Below, one piece after another: positions 19,715 through 28,864 of a DNA stretch of 64,000 nt; the first letter of the stretch is position 1; each line of letters starts with the position of its first letter. Origin of the DNA: Candidatus Oxydemutator sp. GTDB taxonomy: Bacteria > Pseudomonadota > Gammaproteobacteria > Poriferisulfidales > Oxydemutatoraceae. Position numbers and translations under genes: made by a program. The stretch is taken from positions 1,440,001-1,504,000 of the forward strand of contig OZ241883.1 of assembly GCA_965203445.1 (NCBI GenBank), given 5' to 3'. The notes beneath the pieces were generated by a model. The model had not been told where the DNA came from, did not search any database, and saw only the letters and a program-made list of their open reading frames with translations.

Positions 19715-22326
19715 GTTGGTTGTGATCTAGAGGCTTTGGTCGGTTACACTACCAATAAGAAGAGACAATACAAATGCACCTGTTGTGAATTGCGGATAGG
19801 CTTTGGTCGGTTACACTTCGGCTCCAGGCGGCGGCGCCGACAAGCTCGTTGTGAATTGCGGATAGGCTTTGGTCGGTTACACTCAAATACGCCATCGGTC
19901 TGGCCCCTTTCCTGTTGTGAATTGCGGATAGGCTTTGGTCGGTTACACTATCCGCTGATGGACATGATGGTGGCCCGCCGTTGTGAATTGCGGATAGGCT
20001 TTGGTCGGTTACACTGAAGAGCCGGAATTACAATTACATCCGGAAGTTGTGAATTGCGGATAGGCTTTGGTCGGTTACACTTTCTTTCTTCTTCTCGAAG
20101 AGTTTTGCACGGTTGTGAATTGCGGATAGGCTTTGGTCGGTTACACTAGGAAACGAGAAAGGTATTGATGCAAACAGGTTGTGAATTGCGGATAGGCTTT
20201 GGTCGGTTACACTCATGCGAGTGGGCGGGAGATGAACCGGCCAGTTGTGAATTGCGGATAGGCTTTGGTCGGTTACACTAAAAAATCAGAGATTGGACAA
20301 TAAAAACTAGTTGTGAATTGCGGATAGGCTTTGGTCGGTTACACTTTCGGTGTAATAATCCCCCCATATCGCGCAGTTGTGAATTGCGGATAGGCTTTGG
20401 TCGGTTACACTGTGAAGCTAAAAGTAGCGTTCAACGTAGCGGTTGTGAATTGCGGATAGGCTTTGGTCGGTTACACTGCCCTGCGAGGAGATCGCAGAGT
20501 CGCTCGGGTTGTGAATTGCGGATAGGCTTTGGTCGGTTACACTCAGGGGATTGTTGCCTTCCTGGTGCGTGGTGTTGTGAATTGCGGATAGGCTTTGGTC
20601 GGTTACACTGCCCTGCGAGGAGATCGCAGAGTCGCTCGGGTTGTGAATTGCGGATAGGCTTTGGTCGGTTACACTCAGGGGATTGTTGCCTTCCTGGTGC
20701 GTGGTGTTGTGAATTGCGGATAGGCTTTGGTCGGTTACACTGGTCCGCGATCACAAATGCCTTGTCCAGCGGTTGTGAATTGCGGATAGGCTTTGGTCGG
20801 TTACACTTGGTCGCAGGTAGCACGCTGGAAAGAGTGTGTTGTGAATTGCGGATAGGCTTTGGTCGGTTACACTTGTTCCGTGCACGGTTCTAATAGCCTC
20901 GTGGTTGTGAATTGCGGATAGGCTTTGGTCGGTTACACTAAACCTCCCGGACTTCATCCGCGCTCCACTGTTGTGAATTGCGGATAGGCTTTGGTCGGTT
21001 ACACTCCAAAAAAGGAGAAAAACATGTTGCCAAAGTTGTGAATTGCGGATAGGCTTTGGTCGGTTACACTTTCGGTGTTTCGGTGTTATCTGTAGGCTTT
21101 GTTGTGAATTGCGGATAGGCTTTGGTCGGTTACACTCATATGCTCTATCGCCTTGGGCAGTCGGATGTTGTGAATTGCGGATAGGCTTTGGTCGGTTACA
21201 CTTCTGGGCGCAAATCCAGCGCTGGAAAGATAGGTTGTGAATTGCGGATAGGCTTTGGTCGGTTACACTCTGCATCCCAATCTCGTCCATGCTCGTCCTG
21301 TTGTGAATTGCGGATAGGCTTTGGTCGGTTACACTTTTCAGCAAAAAAGGGACCCTCGATTTTTGGTTGTGAATTGCGGATAGGCTTTGGTCGGTTACAC
21401 TATTCCTCCTATTCATAAAACATACAGGGACGTTGTGAATTGCGGATAGGCTTTGGTCGGTTACACTTTGATTACTCATCGTATCTCCTCCAGTTTCGTT
21501 GTGAATTGCGGATAGGCTTTGGTCGGTTACACTTTGTCGGTCGTGGTCTCGTTATCCTCATGAGTTGTGAATTGCGGATAGGCTTTGGTCGGTTACACTT
21601 GCACGACTCCGGTCCGCCGCGGCAGAAGTGTTGTGAATTGCGGATAGGCTTTGGTCGGTTACACTGGATATGTTGATAAACGCCGTGCGGCGCGGTTGTG
21701 AATTGCGGATAGGCTTTGGTCGGTTACACTTTTTGCACATTTCTTACCTATAAGCGCGAGGTTGTGAATTGCGGATAGGCTTTGGTCGGTTACACTATTC
21801 CTCGCTATCCCGGCAATCACGATCTGGTTGTGAATTGCGGATAGGCTTTGGTCGGTTACACTCTCGACAGCTTTTCCAAAAGCTTTATCTTCGTTGTGAA
21901 TTGCGGATAGGCTTTGGTCGGTTACACTCCTGAATTATGACCCGGAAAACAGTGATCCGCGTTGTGAATTGCGGATAGGCTTTGGTCGGTTACACTAATC
22001 TGTAATTTTGATTTCCTGCCCCGGCGTTGTGAATTGCGGATAGGCTTTGGTCGGTTACACTAAAATTATTTTGAACTTGAAAAGCGTATTTTGTTGTGAA
22101 TTGCGGATAGGCTTTGGTCGGTTACACTAGGTAATGAATACTTTACTGAGGTAACTGAGTTGTGAATTGCGGATAGGCTTTGGTCGGTTACACTAAGAAG
22201 GAGGAAGAGTGATGTTCAGTGATTGTTGTGAATTGCGGATAGGCTTTGGTCGGTTACACTCCGGCAGATAAAGTGGCCGCTATTCAATATGTTGTGAATT
22301 GCGGATAGGCTTTGGTCGGTTACACT
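19715..22326 (+). CRISPR. Type II-C CRISPR array: 39 identical repeats plus 1 degenerate repeat, 39 spacers (37 unique)
   Basis: 36-nt repeat GTTGTGAATTGCGGATAGGCTTTGGTCGGTTACACT from 19782 to 22326; spacers 29-32 nt; degenerate terminal repeat 19715-19750. Confidence 0.98.
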
Positions 22327-22376
22327 ATCCCTTTCACAGCTATTTGAATTTGCTGAGAGTTTTTGGCGAGGAAAGA

Positions 22377-22709
22377 TTACAGGAACGATAGTTGAGGTGG
22401 CGGTTGTTCCACTGGCTTTCGTTTTTTTCCATAGTAGACCTGTATTTTTCCGAATTGTTTGTCGGTGATTTTCAGGATTCTGACCTCGCCATGTGGTGGC
22501 AGGTGATGTCGGACTCGCGTTATATGGACTTGTGTATTTTCTTCGCTGGCGCAATGGCGCATATATACGGAGTACTGCATCATGCTGAAGCCGTCATTCA
22601 GGAGGTGCTTACGAAACAAAGCATACCGCTTTCTTGCCTGCGGTGTCTCTGTCGGAAGATCAAATAACACTATGACCCACATAGTGTACATCCCCCCGAA
22701 GGTGAACAT
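22377..22709 (-). CDS. cas2: CRISPR-associated Cas2
   Basis: MWVIVLFDLP, FRKHLLNDGFSMMQYSVY. Confidence 0.96.
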   Translation of the reverse strand: MFTFGGMYTMWVIVLFDLPTETPQARKRYALFRKHLLNDGFSMMQYSVYMRHCASEENTQVHITRVRHHLPPHGEVRILKITDKQFGKIQVYYGKKRKPVEQPPPQLSFL

Positions 22710-23605
22710 CAGGTGTTCTCTATCCTTGTCGGGATCTCCAGTTTTTTTGTCTCACCAGAGATGGCAGATTTCAGATTTGCCGCCATGTGATGACTGGCAA
22801 CCATCAAGGGCATGCGGTTTCCTTTCCACGTGACTGTATCGCCGATCAAGCCCAGCAATTTCTGTTTGTTGTTTTTAGAGATTTCCGGTTCCGTTTCTTG
22901 TCGTGCAATCTGCCAGACCAGTAGATCAACCCACGGGCGGAATGGTTCCATCATGTCGTCGGCCAGACACAGACTATTGTATTGATTTTTGTGATGCAAT
23001 CCTAAAGACGGATGCAATCCAGTGCCGACCAATGCTCTTGCCACCATCGCTCGCACAATCGCATAGCCGTAATTCAATAGCGCATTGATGCCTCCCTGAT
23101 CTTGATTGCGGCGGAAAGTCGGCCCCATCAGGGAGCGCCAATACAGTTGCGCCGCTTGTGCCTCATGGTTTTCGCTGTCTCCGGTCTTTACTTTGGCAAC
23201 CATTCGATCCAAAGCAGGTGAAGAAACGCCCATGCGTTTCAGTGTGTCCGCCTGCTGGCCGATTTTGTGACGGACTATCTGACGCCATAGCTGTTTGCAA
23301 GTCGGCTTGGAAATAGATGTTTGGCGTTCCAGTACTTTCGTATGCAGGCTGTGTCCTTCGCTGACTGGTAAGACTATGGAATAGGGAAGATGCCGCGGAT
23401 CGCAAAAAATGATGACGGCGTTATTTTCCTGGCAAGCGACTATCACTGCCTGTGTGATGACGATGGCCGGATGTTGCAATATCAATACACCGATGTCTTC
23501 GACGGGGATTGTGGCAACTGTTTCTTCCCTTTTTTCGACCAGCAACTGATTGTTGCGAAGCCTGATGCAGGCGTGTTCGCTAATGTCAACGATGCGCTTA
23601 ATCAT
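22709..23605 (-). CDS. cas1: Type II Cas1
   Basis: ENHEAQAAQLYW, NALLNYGYAIVR, LGLHH, LADDMMEPFRP. Confidence 0.97.
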   Translation of the reverse strand: MIKRIVDISEHACIRLRNNQLLVEKREETVATIPVEDIGVLILQHPAIVITQAVIVACQENNAVIIFCDPRHLPYSIVLPVSEGHSLHTKVLERQTSISKPTCKQLWRQIVRHKIGQQADTLKRMGVSSPALDRMVAKVKTGDSENHEAQAAQLYWRSLMGPTFRRNQDQGGINALLNYGYAIVRAMVARALVGTGLHPSLGLHHKNQYNSLCLADDMMEPFRPWVDLLVWQIARQETEPEISKNNKQKLLGLIGDTVTWKGNRMPLMVASHHMAANLKSAISGETKKLEIPTRIENT

Positions 23606-26600
23606 TCTATGATCTTGCCTATGGCATTTACATTTACCTTTTGCATTTGATACGTATTCATGAGAGTTGATATCGGTTTGTGTAATTTCTCGCTGGAGTT
23701 GTCTGTAGTAGATGCAGTATGTAGCCGCAACATCAGCATGTTGATAAGTTGATCGAGTTTTTGCACCCGATAAACTCCTTGCCCACTTCCGTTCTTGATG
23801 ATGACAAGATCATTAATGTGCAGTGCCATTAAGAACTCGTAGTGCTCGCCATGATCTATTTTGACAATAGGGCATTTGTTTCGTTTGATTCCGCGGGTAC
23901 GATGCGCGGCTTCCATCATGGTGACAAATACACCTTCATATTCTTGTGTTTTCTTATGCCTGATAATTTCAACGTGGTGTGTGTTCCCATACGTCATCCA
24001 TTTGAAAGGCTTACCTTGTTTATCAACAATGCCGTATTTCCTGTTTTCCAAGTCTCGCTTTTTTATTTTCGCTTGCAGTGTGCGCACACGCTTGATCGGC
24101 GTTGTGCCGTCTTTGTGATACACGGTTTTTCCTTCGGAAAATGCTTCTCTAGGCTTGTTGCCATATTGCTCCAAATGAGTGAGTACTTGTTTTTTGACGA
24201 CTGGGTCAATAATTTTTTTGACCTGGGGAAGGGTAATAGCGCTATCCAGGCTTTTTCTGTACACCGTCCCGATTCCTTCAATGAAACCGGCCCCGGTATC
24301 CTCATGCAAAGCCCCGCTTATCTTTCTTATCGGGACGTGAGAAACTATGACTTTCTTCAAGTGCCTTTTGGTTTCGTCGCACAGTTCGGGCCAGGGAGGG
24401 GCTGTGAGAAGGTCACGCATAGTCAATCCGGTGCGCTCATCCGCATTCAGCTTTTTGGCATTTTTCACCAACGCGTCATAGAAACCTTTGTCTATACAAG
24501 CGGTGACTACGGCATCTATCGCATGGTGACGATGGTCGTCTCGTTCTTTTTCGCCTGTTTCGCCAAGCAGATGATTCAAACCCCAGTGGCGACGCAGCCA
24601 GTCGGTCATCACGCCCCGCGTAAAAGTGATCTTGACGCCAAGTGATTCAAGATATTTGCGGGCTTCCGTGCAGATGTATCTTGTGTCGTTTAATTGATTG
24701 GCACTAAAACCATTTTCCGCTAAATTGGACGCGGTCCGGTAAAATTTATTCCGCTTTGATTCCAGGCCCTTGTCCCAGCGATCAATCGCCTGGGTAATCT
24801 GCTCCCACTTTTCTTTGTCGCCGCCATAAGCGTCTTTCGGTGTCTTGTTCCCCTTCTGGCGATTCTCTTGCGCGTAACAGACTACTTTGTTCATATAAGA
24901 GTCATCCAATGACTGGCTCAACGGCAAGATATGATCAATTTCTACCTGATCACTGAATAGAGTTTCTAAACCGATGGGCTGGTTGCTGTAGGCGCATAGT
25001 TCTTTCTGCTCTTTCCACAGGCGATATTTGATTTTGTCGGTGCGCGTCGCTCGAGAACTCATCGTTCGGTTGCTCTCGGCGATAGCGCTCTTCTTTTCTT
25101 CAGCCTCCTGATTGGCTTTAGTGTTTTCCTTTTGCCGTTCCATATGCTTTTTGTATCGCTTTGTGTTCATCTCCAAATCACGCGCCATTTCTATGCGAAT
25201 GACGTCCGGTTTTCCGTGCTCGGCGATAATTGCATTGACCACGCGGCGCAGTTCATGCAGCGCCTTCTGGACTATGGGGTTCGGGATTTCCGGAGGGAGT
25301 CCCAAACGTTTTACAGGTTCGGGTTGTTTTTGTTCGTAACCATATCCGGCGGTTTCCCTTGCTTTCGAGTATATTTCCCCTTCCATGAGGAACGGCAACA
25401 TCTTTTTGATTGCCTTGGAAGAAAGATTGGAATGGCCCGGTTCAAACTCGATCATGCAAAGACGTACGGCGGTGTTTCCGTCCAAGCCCCAATGTTGGAT
25501 CAGTCTATTTTTCAGAACCGGTTTTTTCTTTATCGTGATCAAGTCCTCCGCCAGTTCCTCTTGTTTTTCCCGTGAGTAGTCATCCCACTCAGGCAAAACC
25601 GCTCTTATGGCGCAAGCGGTGGTGTTCCCCTTCAAGTCTTTTATGTCGGTGTCCAGCTGAAACTTGATGGTTTGAGCAAAACCAAGGCATTTACGAATTT
25701 TTTTAAGCGTTGGTTTCGGGTCGGTTTCAAACAGCCGCCGCAGTTTTTCTTTGCCTTTTTCGTCCAAGAATACGTATTCTTCCTTGTCGGGATCAAAATA
25801 GCGCAAGTGGTTTATGTCCAGCAGATAGCGGAATTTCTGGTACTCCAGTCGTGCCGTCCGACAACGCCGATAATTTTTTTCCAGTGAGCATTTGCCAACC
25901 CGGTCGGGATCGAGCTTGAGCGGTCTTTGATGAAAAATAATCCGCTCCATTTTTGTTTTCACGTCATCGTCGAGTATGGAGTGATGTTCGGCTTGCTTTT
26001 CCCATATCGCATTCAGTTCTTCTTTGTACATCTGCCGGTCGGTGCGAAGATGTCCGCCGTCGTGATCACGGTTACGCTTACATGTGTGTTTGCCCAACGA
26101 GGCCAGGTATTCTCCGAGCGTTCTGCAATCAGCCCGTTCGATCTTTCCTCTTAATTCACTGATGTCTTTCTTGAAGGCCGTTTCTTCTTTGTCTTCTCCT
26201 CTGGTTTCGGAATCGTCATCGCCCATTTCGTCGAGGACCGCCATCACGTCCGGGTCATCCAGCATTTCTTGACCGAGCAAGGTTTTTTTATTGCTCAGGA
26301 AACCTCGTCTTTGCACCAGATGCAGGAGTACGCGCCCCAGCTCATATGAAGTCAGTGGTTCGTCCAGAGCTTTTGCTCTCAGTTTGTAGGGGTCGCCGAG
26401 TTCGTTAAGAACAATTTCCGGCTGCGAGTGATTCTCGAGCGAGGCCGGCAGAAGTTGCAGTCTGACGAGATAACCCAGCATGGTCTGCTTGCGTCTGGCT
26501 CTTCGTTGAAGAACCCTGCGGGCCAAGCGGCGTTTCCGGCGCTCCTGGTTTTTTGGCGTCGGTGTTTTGTCCTCGACCGCCTTGTTAAAAATGCGGACGC

Positions 26601-26706
26601 CGAGATCAATCAGCCCGATGGGTTTTTCCTCTCCATCGGTCTTAAGCAGCGCCCAACCTATGGAATTGCTGCCAAGATCCAACCCCAGGGCTTTTTTCTT
26701 GCTCAT
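23602..26706 (-). CDS. cas9: Type II-C Cas9 (1034 aa)
   Basis: RuvC-I LGLDLGSNSIGW, Arg-rich bridge helix, RuvC-II IEMARD, HNH EIDHILP...NKVV...NRQKGN, RuvC-III HHAIDA; GGAG RBS; no csn2 or cas4. Confidence 0.97.
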   Translation of the reverse strand: MSKKKALGLDLGSNSIGWALLKTDGEEKPIGLIDLGVRIFNKAVEDKTPTPKNQERRKRRLARRVLQRRARRKQTMLGYLVRLQLLPASLENHSQPEIVLNELGDPYKLRAKALDEPLTSYELGRVLLHLVQRRGFLSNKKTLLGQEMLDDPDVMAVLDEMGDDDSETRGEDKEETAFKKDISELRGKIERADCRTLGEYLASLGKHTCKRNRDHDGGHLRTDRQMYKEELNAIWEKQAEHHSILDDDVKTKMERIIFHQRPLKLDPDRVGKCSLEKNYRRCRTARLEYQKFRYLLDINHLRYFDPDKEEYVFLDEKGKEKLRRLFETDPKPTLKKIRKCLGFAQTIKFQLDTDIKDLKGNTTACAIRAVLPEWDDYSREKQEELAEDLITIKKKPVLKNRLIQHWGLDGNTAVRLCMIEFEPGHSNLSSKAIKKMLPFLMEGEIYSKARETAGYGYEQKQPEPVKRLGLPPEIPNPIVQKALHELRRVVNAIIAEHGKPDVIRIEMARDLEMNTKRYKKHMERQKENTKANQEAEEKKSAIAESNRTMSSRATRTDKIKYRLWKEQKELCAYSNQPIGLETLFSDQVEIDHILPLSQSLDDSYMNKVVCYAQENRQKGNKTPKDAYGGDKEKWEQITQAIDRWDKGLESKRNKFYRTASNLAENGFSANQLNDTRYICTEARKYLESLGVKITFTRGVMTDWLRRHWGLNHLLGETGEKERDDHRHHAIDAVVTACIDKGFYDALVKNAKKLNADERTGLTMRDLLTAPPWPELCDETKRHLKKVIVSHVPIRKISGALHEDTGAGFIEGIGTVYRKSLDSAITLPQVKKIIDPVVKKQVLTHLEQYGNKPREAFSEGKTVYHKDGTTPIKRVRTLQAKIKKRDLENRKYGIVDKQGKPFKWMTYGNTHHVEIIRHKKTQEYEGVFVTMMEAAHRTRGIKRNKCPIVKIDHGEHYEFLMALHINDLVIIKNGSGQGVYRVQKLDQLINMLMLRLHTASTTDNSSEKLHKPISTLMNTYQMQKVNVNAIGKIIE

Positions 26707-26732
26707 CTGAAATCTCCATGTATAATGGTAGC

Positions 26733-26836
26733 CAAGTGTACCGACCAAAGCCTATTTGCTTTTCATACCAAGAAAATGCATTTTCGTAGGCAACGCTTTC
26801 AAGCGACCAGAGCCCTCCCAGCCGGGGGCTCTTTTT
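26733..26836 (+). ncRNA. tracrRNA
   Basis: Anti-repeat AGTGTACCGACCAAAGCCTATTTGCTTTTCATACC (26735-26769) with G:U-compatible changes; TATAAT at 26721; downstream hairpins; terminator AGAGCCCTC/GGGGGCTCT-TTTT (26809-26836). Confidence 0.88.
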
Positions 26837-26894
26837 ATTCCTGCATTTACTTGATTATCCCACAACCGGCATATAATGGACCTCATCTTCCGGC

Positions 26895-26971
26895 GGCTAT
26901 GTAGCTCAGTTGGTTAGAGCACGGCATTCATAATGCCGGTGTCGCAGGTTCAAGTCCTGCCATAGCCACCA
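26895..26971 (+). tRNA. tRNA-Met(CAT), elongator type
   Basis: GGCTATG...CATAGCC-ACCA; anticodon loop TT-CAT-AA. Confidence 0.95.
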
Positions 26972-26972
26972 C

Positions 26973-27611
26973 TCACAACGACCAGTCGAACAACCTGCGG
27001 TACCACGGCCTCGGTCGCAGGCGGCAGGTCGCCAGCTGGCGCTCGTAGGTTGTTTTGCGGCGCTGGACTTTGTTCGCCACTTTCACCAGCCAGGTTTTGG
27101 CGGCGTAGCTTTTGCTGCGGTAGCCGCTGCGGCCCTCGTGGTAGGCCAGGTAGAGCGCGTAGGCGTTGTTCGGTTTGATCCTGAGCTCGCGCACGCTCTT
27201 GTGGTTGTACCAGCCGATGAAGTCGACCGCATCCTCGAAGTTGCTGCGTCGCGCAAGCGGACTCCTGGTTTCCTTTCTGTATTCGTCCCAGGTTTCGTCC
27301 AAGGCCTGGGCATAGCCGTACGCGGATGACTCTCTGCCGAACCACGGTAGAAACCCCAGCAATTTCCGGCGCGGCGGTTTCGCTCTGGCCTTGAACGAGG
27401 ATTCCTGATGGATAAAGGCGAGCAGCACGGCGATCGGGACGTTCCAGCGCTGTTGCGTATCCCTGGCGGCCTCATACCAGTGGGCGCGTTGCGAGAGCAT
27501 GTGGCAGGCGTCGGCGATATTGTGCGGCTGCGGCTCGGCGCAGCCGGCCAGCGCGAGGGCGGTGGCGCCGGCAATAAGTGCGCCAGCGCGCCCGTTTTTT
27601 GTTTTCTTCAT
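26973..27611 (-). CDS. Lytic-transglycosylase (SLT)-like lipoprotein
   Basis: Lipobox LAGC, FIHQESSF, SSAYGYAQA, YLAYHEG. Confidence 0.8.
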   Translation of the reverse strand: MKKTKNGRAGALIAGATALALAGCAEPQPHNIADACHMLSQRAHWYEAARDTQQRWNVPIAVLLAFIHQESSFKARAKPPRRKLLGFLPWFGRESSAYGYAQALDETWDEYRKETRSPLARRSNFEDAVDFIGWYNHKSVRELRIKPNNAYALYLAYHEGRSGYRSKSYAAKTWLVKVANKVQRRKTTYERQLATCRLRPRPWYRRLFDWSL

Positions 27612-27633
27612 CGCCTTCGGCTTGTCCGTCGTG

Positions 27634-28485
27634 CTATCTGCGGTCCGCAGTTACCAGGATGCGGTCAAACAGGCGCGTCGTCAGCCATCGTTTCATGTAC
27701 CACAGCATTGTCGCCGAGAGTGTGATCCGGTAGCGCGTCTTCGGGCGTTTGCTTTCAAGCGCGTGCAGCAGGCAACGGACTACGGTTTCGGGTGGCTGGC
27801 GCGCGATGCGTGAGGGGTGGTCCGAACGCAGGCGCTCGCGCAGCAACTGGTGTTGCGATGCGAATCTGTCGTCTCCCGTCTCGATGCCGTGTTGCAAGTG
27901 GTGCAGACTTCTTTGCGCGAATAACGTCTGCGTCGGCCCCGGCTCGATTAGCGACACGTGGATGTCGGTATCCACCAGCTCCAGGCGCAGTGTGTCGTTC
28001 CATCCCTCCAACGCGTGTTTTGACGAAACGTAGGCGCCGTACAGTGGCATCGGCAAGTAGCCCAACAACGAGCTGTTCTGGACGATGCGCCCGTGCCCCT
28101 GCCGGCGCATCGCCGGCAACAAGCGCCTCGTCAGTTCGTGTTGGCCGAACAGATTGGTCTCGAACTGCCGCCGCAGGCTGTCGCGGGGGATGTCCTCGAG
28201 CGCGCCGTACTGGCCGTAACCGGCGTTGTTGAACAGCGCGTCGAGCGTGCCGCCGGTTTTTTCGAGTATTTGCGCGACGCAATCAACGATGCTTTGCGTA
28301 TCGTCGAGGTCGAGCCGTACGGTTTCGAAACCGTCGGCGACGAGGGTCTCGATGTCTTTCCGCGCGCGCGCGGTCGCAAACACCCGGTAGCCGCGCCGTT
28401 TCAACACGTCCGCCGCGCAGCGGCCTATGCCGGAAGAGCAGCCGGTGATCAGAATAGAGCGCGAAGTGGCGCGTGTTTCGTCCAT
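27634..28485 (-). CDS. Short-chain dehydrogenase/reductase (YbbO-like)
   Basis: ITGCSSGIG, NNAGYG, YVSSK. Confidence 0.9.
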   Translation of the reverse strand: MDETRATSRSILITGCSSGIGRCAADVLKRRGYRVFATARARKDIETLVADGFETVRLDLDDTQSIVDCVAQILEKTGGTLDALFNNAGYGQYGALEDIPRDSLRRQFETNLFGQHELTRRLLPAMRRQGHGRIVQNSSLLGYLPMPLYGAYVSSKHALEGWNDTLRLELVDTDIHVSLIEPGPTQTLFAQRSLHHLQHGIETGDDRFASQHQLLRERLRSDHPSRIARQPPETVVRCLLHALESKRPKTRYRITLSATMLWYMKRWLTTRLFDRILVTADRR

Positions 28486-28490
28486 TTCGC

Positions 28491-28808
28491 TCAGTTGCCC
28501 GCCGGCTTGCGGCAGACGTAGATACCGAATACCTGGCGCGCGTTCTCGATTTGCGAGGTCGGCAGCACGGTGTCGCCGCCGATGCGCCTGGCGAAATTGC
28601 GCGCTTCGTTCTCGAGCCCCTCTGCGATTTTCTCCTCGCTGAGCACCGTCGAGTGAAACTTGCCGAGTCCCACGCGGGTGCTGCCGATCTGGTCGCACCG
28701 CTTGACGCCCTCCGGGTCGCCGACGCGAACCGCGCGTCCGTCAAGCGTCAGCTGCGGCGTGCAAGCGGCGACGAGCAGCGCGAGCGCGACGGTATGCGCG
28801 TGTCTCAT
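28491..28808 (-). CDS. Small lipoprotein (DUF4156-like)
   Basis: Lipobox VAAC, ARNFARRIGGDTV, terminal YVC. Confidence 0.65.
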   Translation of the reverse strand: MRHAHTVALALLVAACTPQLTLDGRAVRVGDPEGVKRCDQIGSTRVGLGKFHSTVLSEEKIAEGLENEARNFARRIGGDTVLPTSQIENARQVFGIYVCRKPAGN

Positions 28809-28864
28809 CAGGGTCTGGGGGCGTCGTCCGTCATGTCGGGCCTGCCACGCTCCATTATATCCCC

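Noticed and set aside
19751-22290. Self-targeting spacers; shared 5' ends of some spacers (TTCGGTGT, ATTCCTC)
   Set aside because: No protospacer match was seen in the window by eye (not exhaustive); 7-8-nt matches are compatible with chance.
19664-22554. Repetitive ORFs (CELRIGFGRLH, SVTDQSLSAIHN)
   Set aside because: Translations of CRISPR repeats, not proteins.
26895-26971. tRNA-Met or tRNA-Ser as integration sites with att repeats
   Set aside because: No duplicated tRNA 3' end and no integrase found near either insert.
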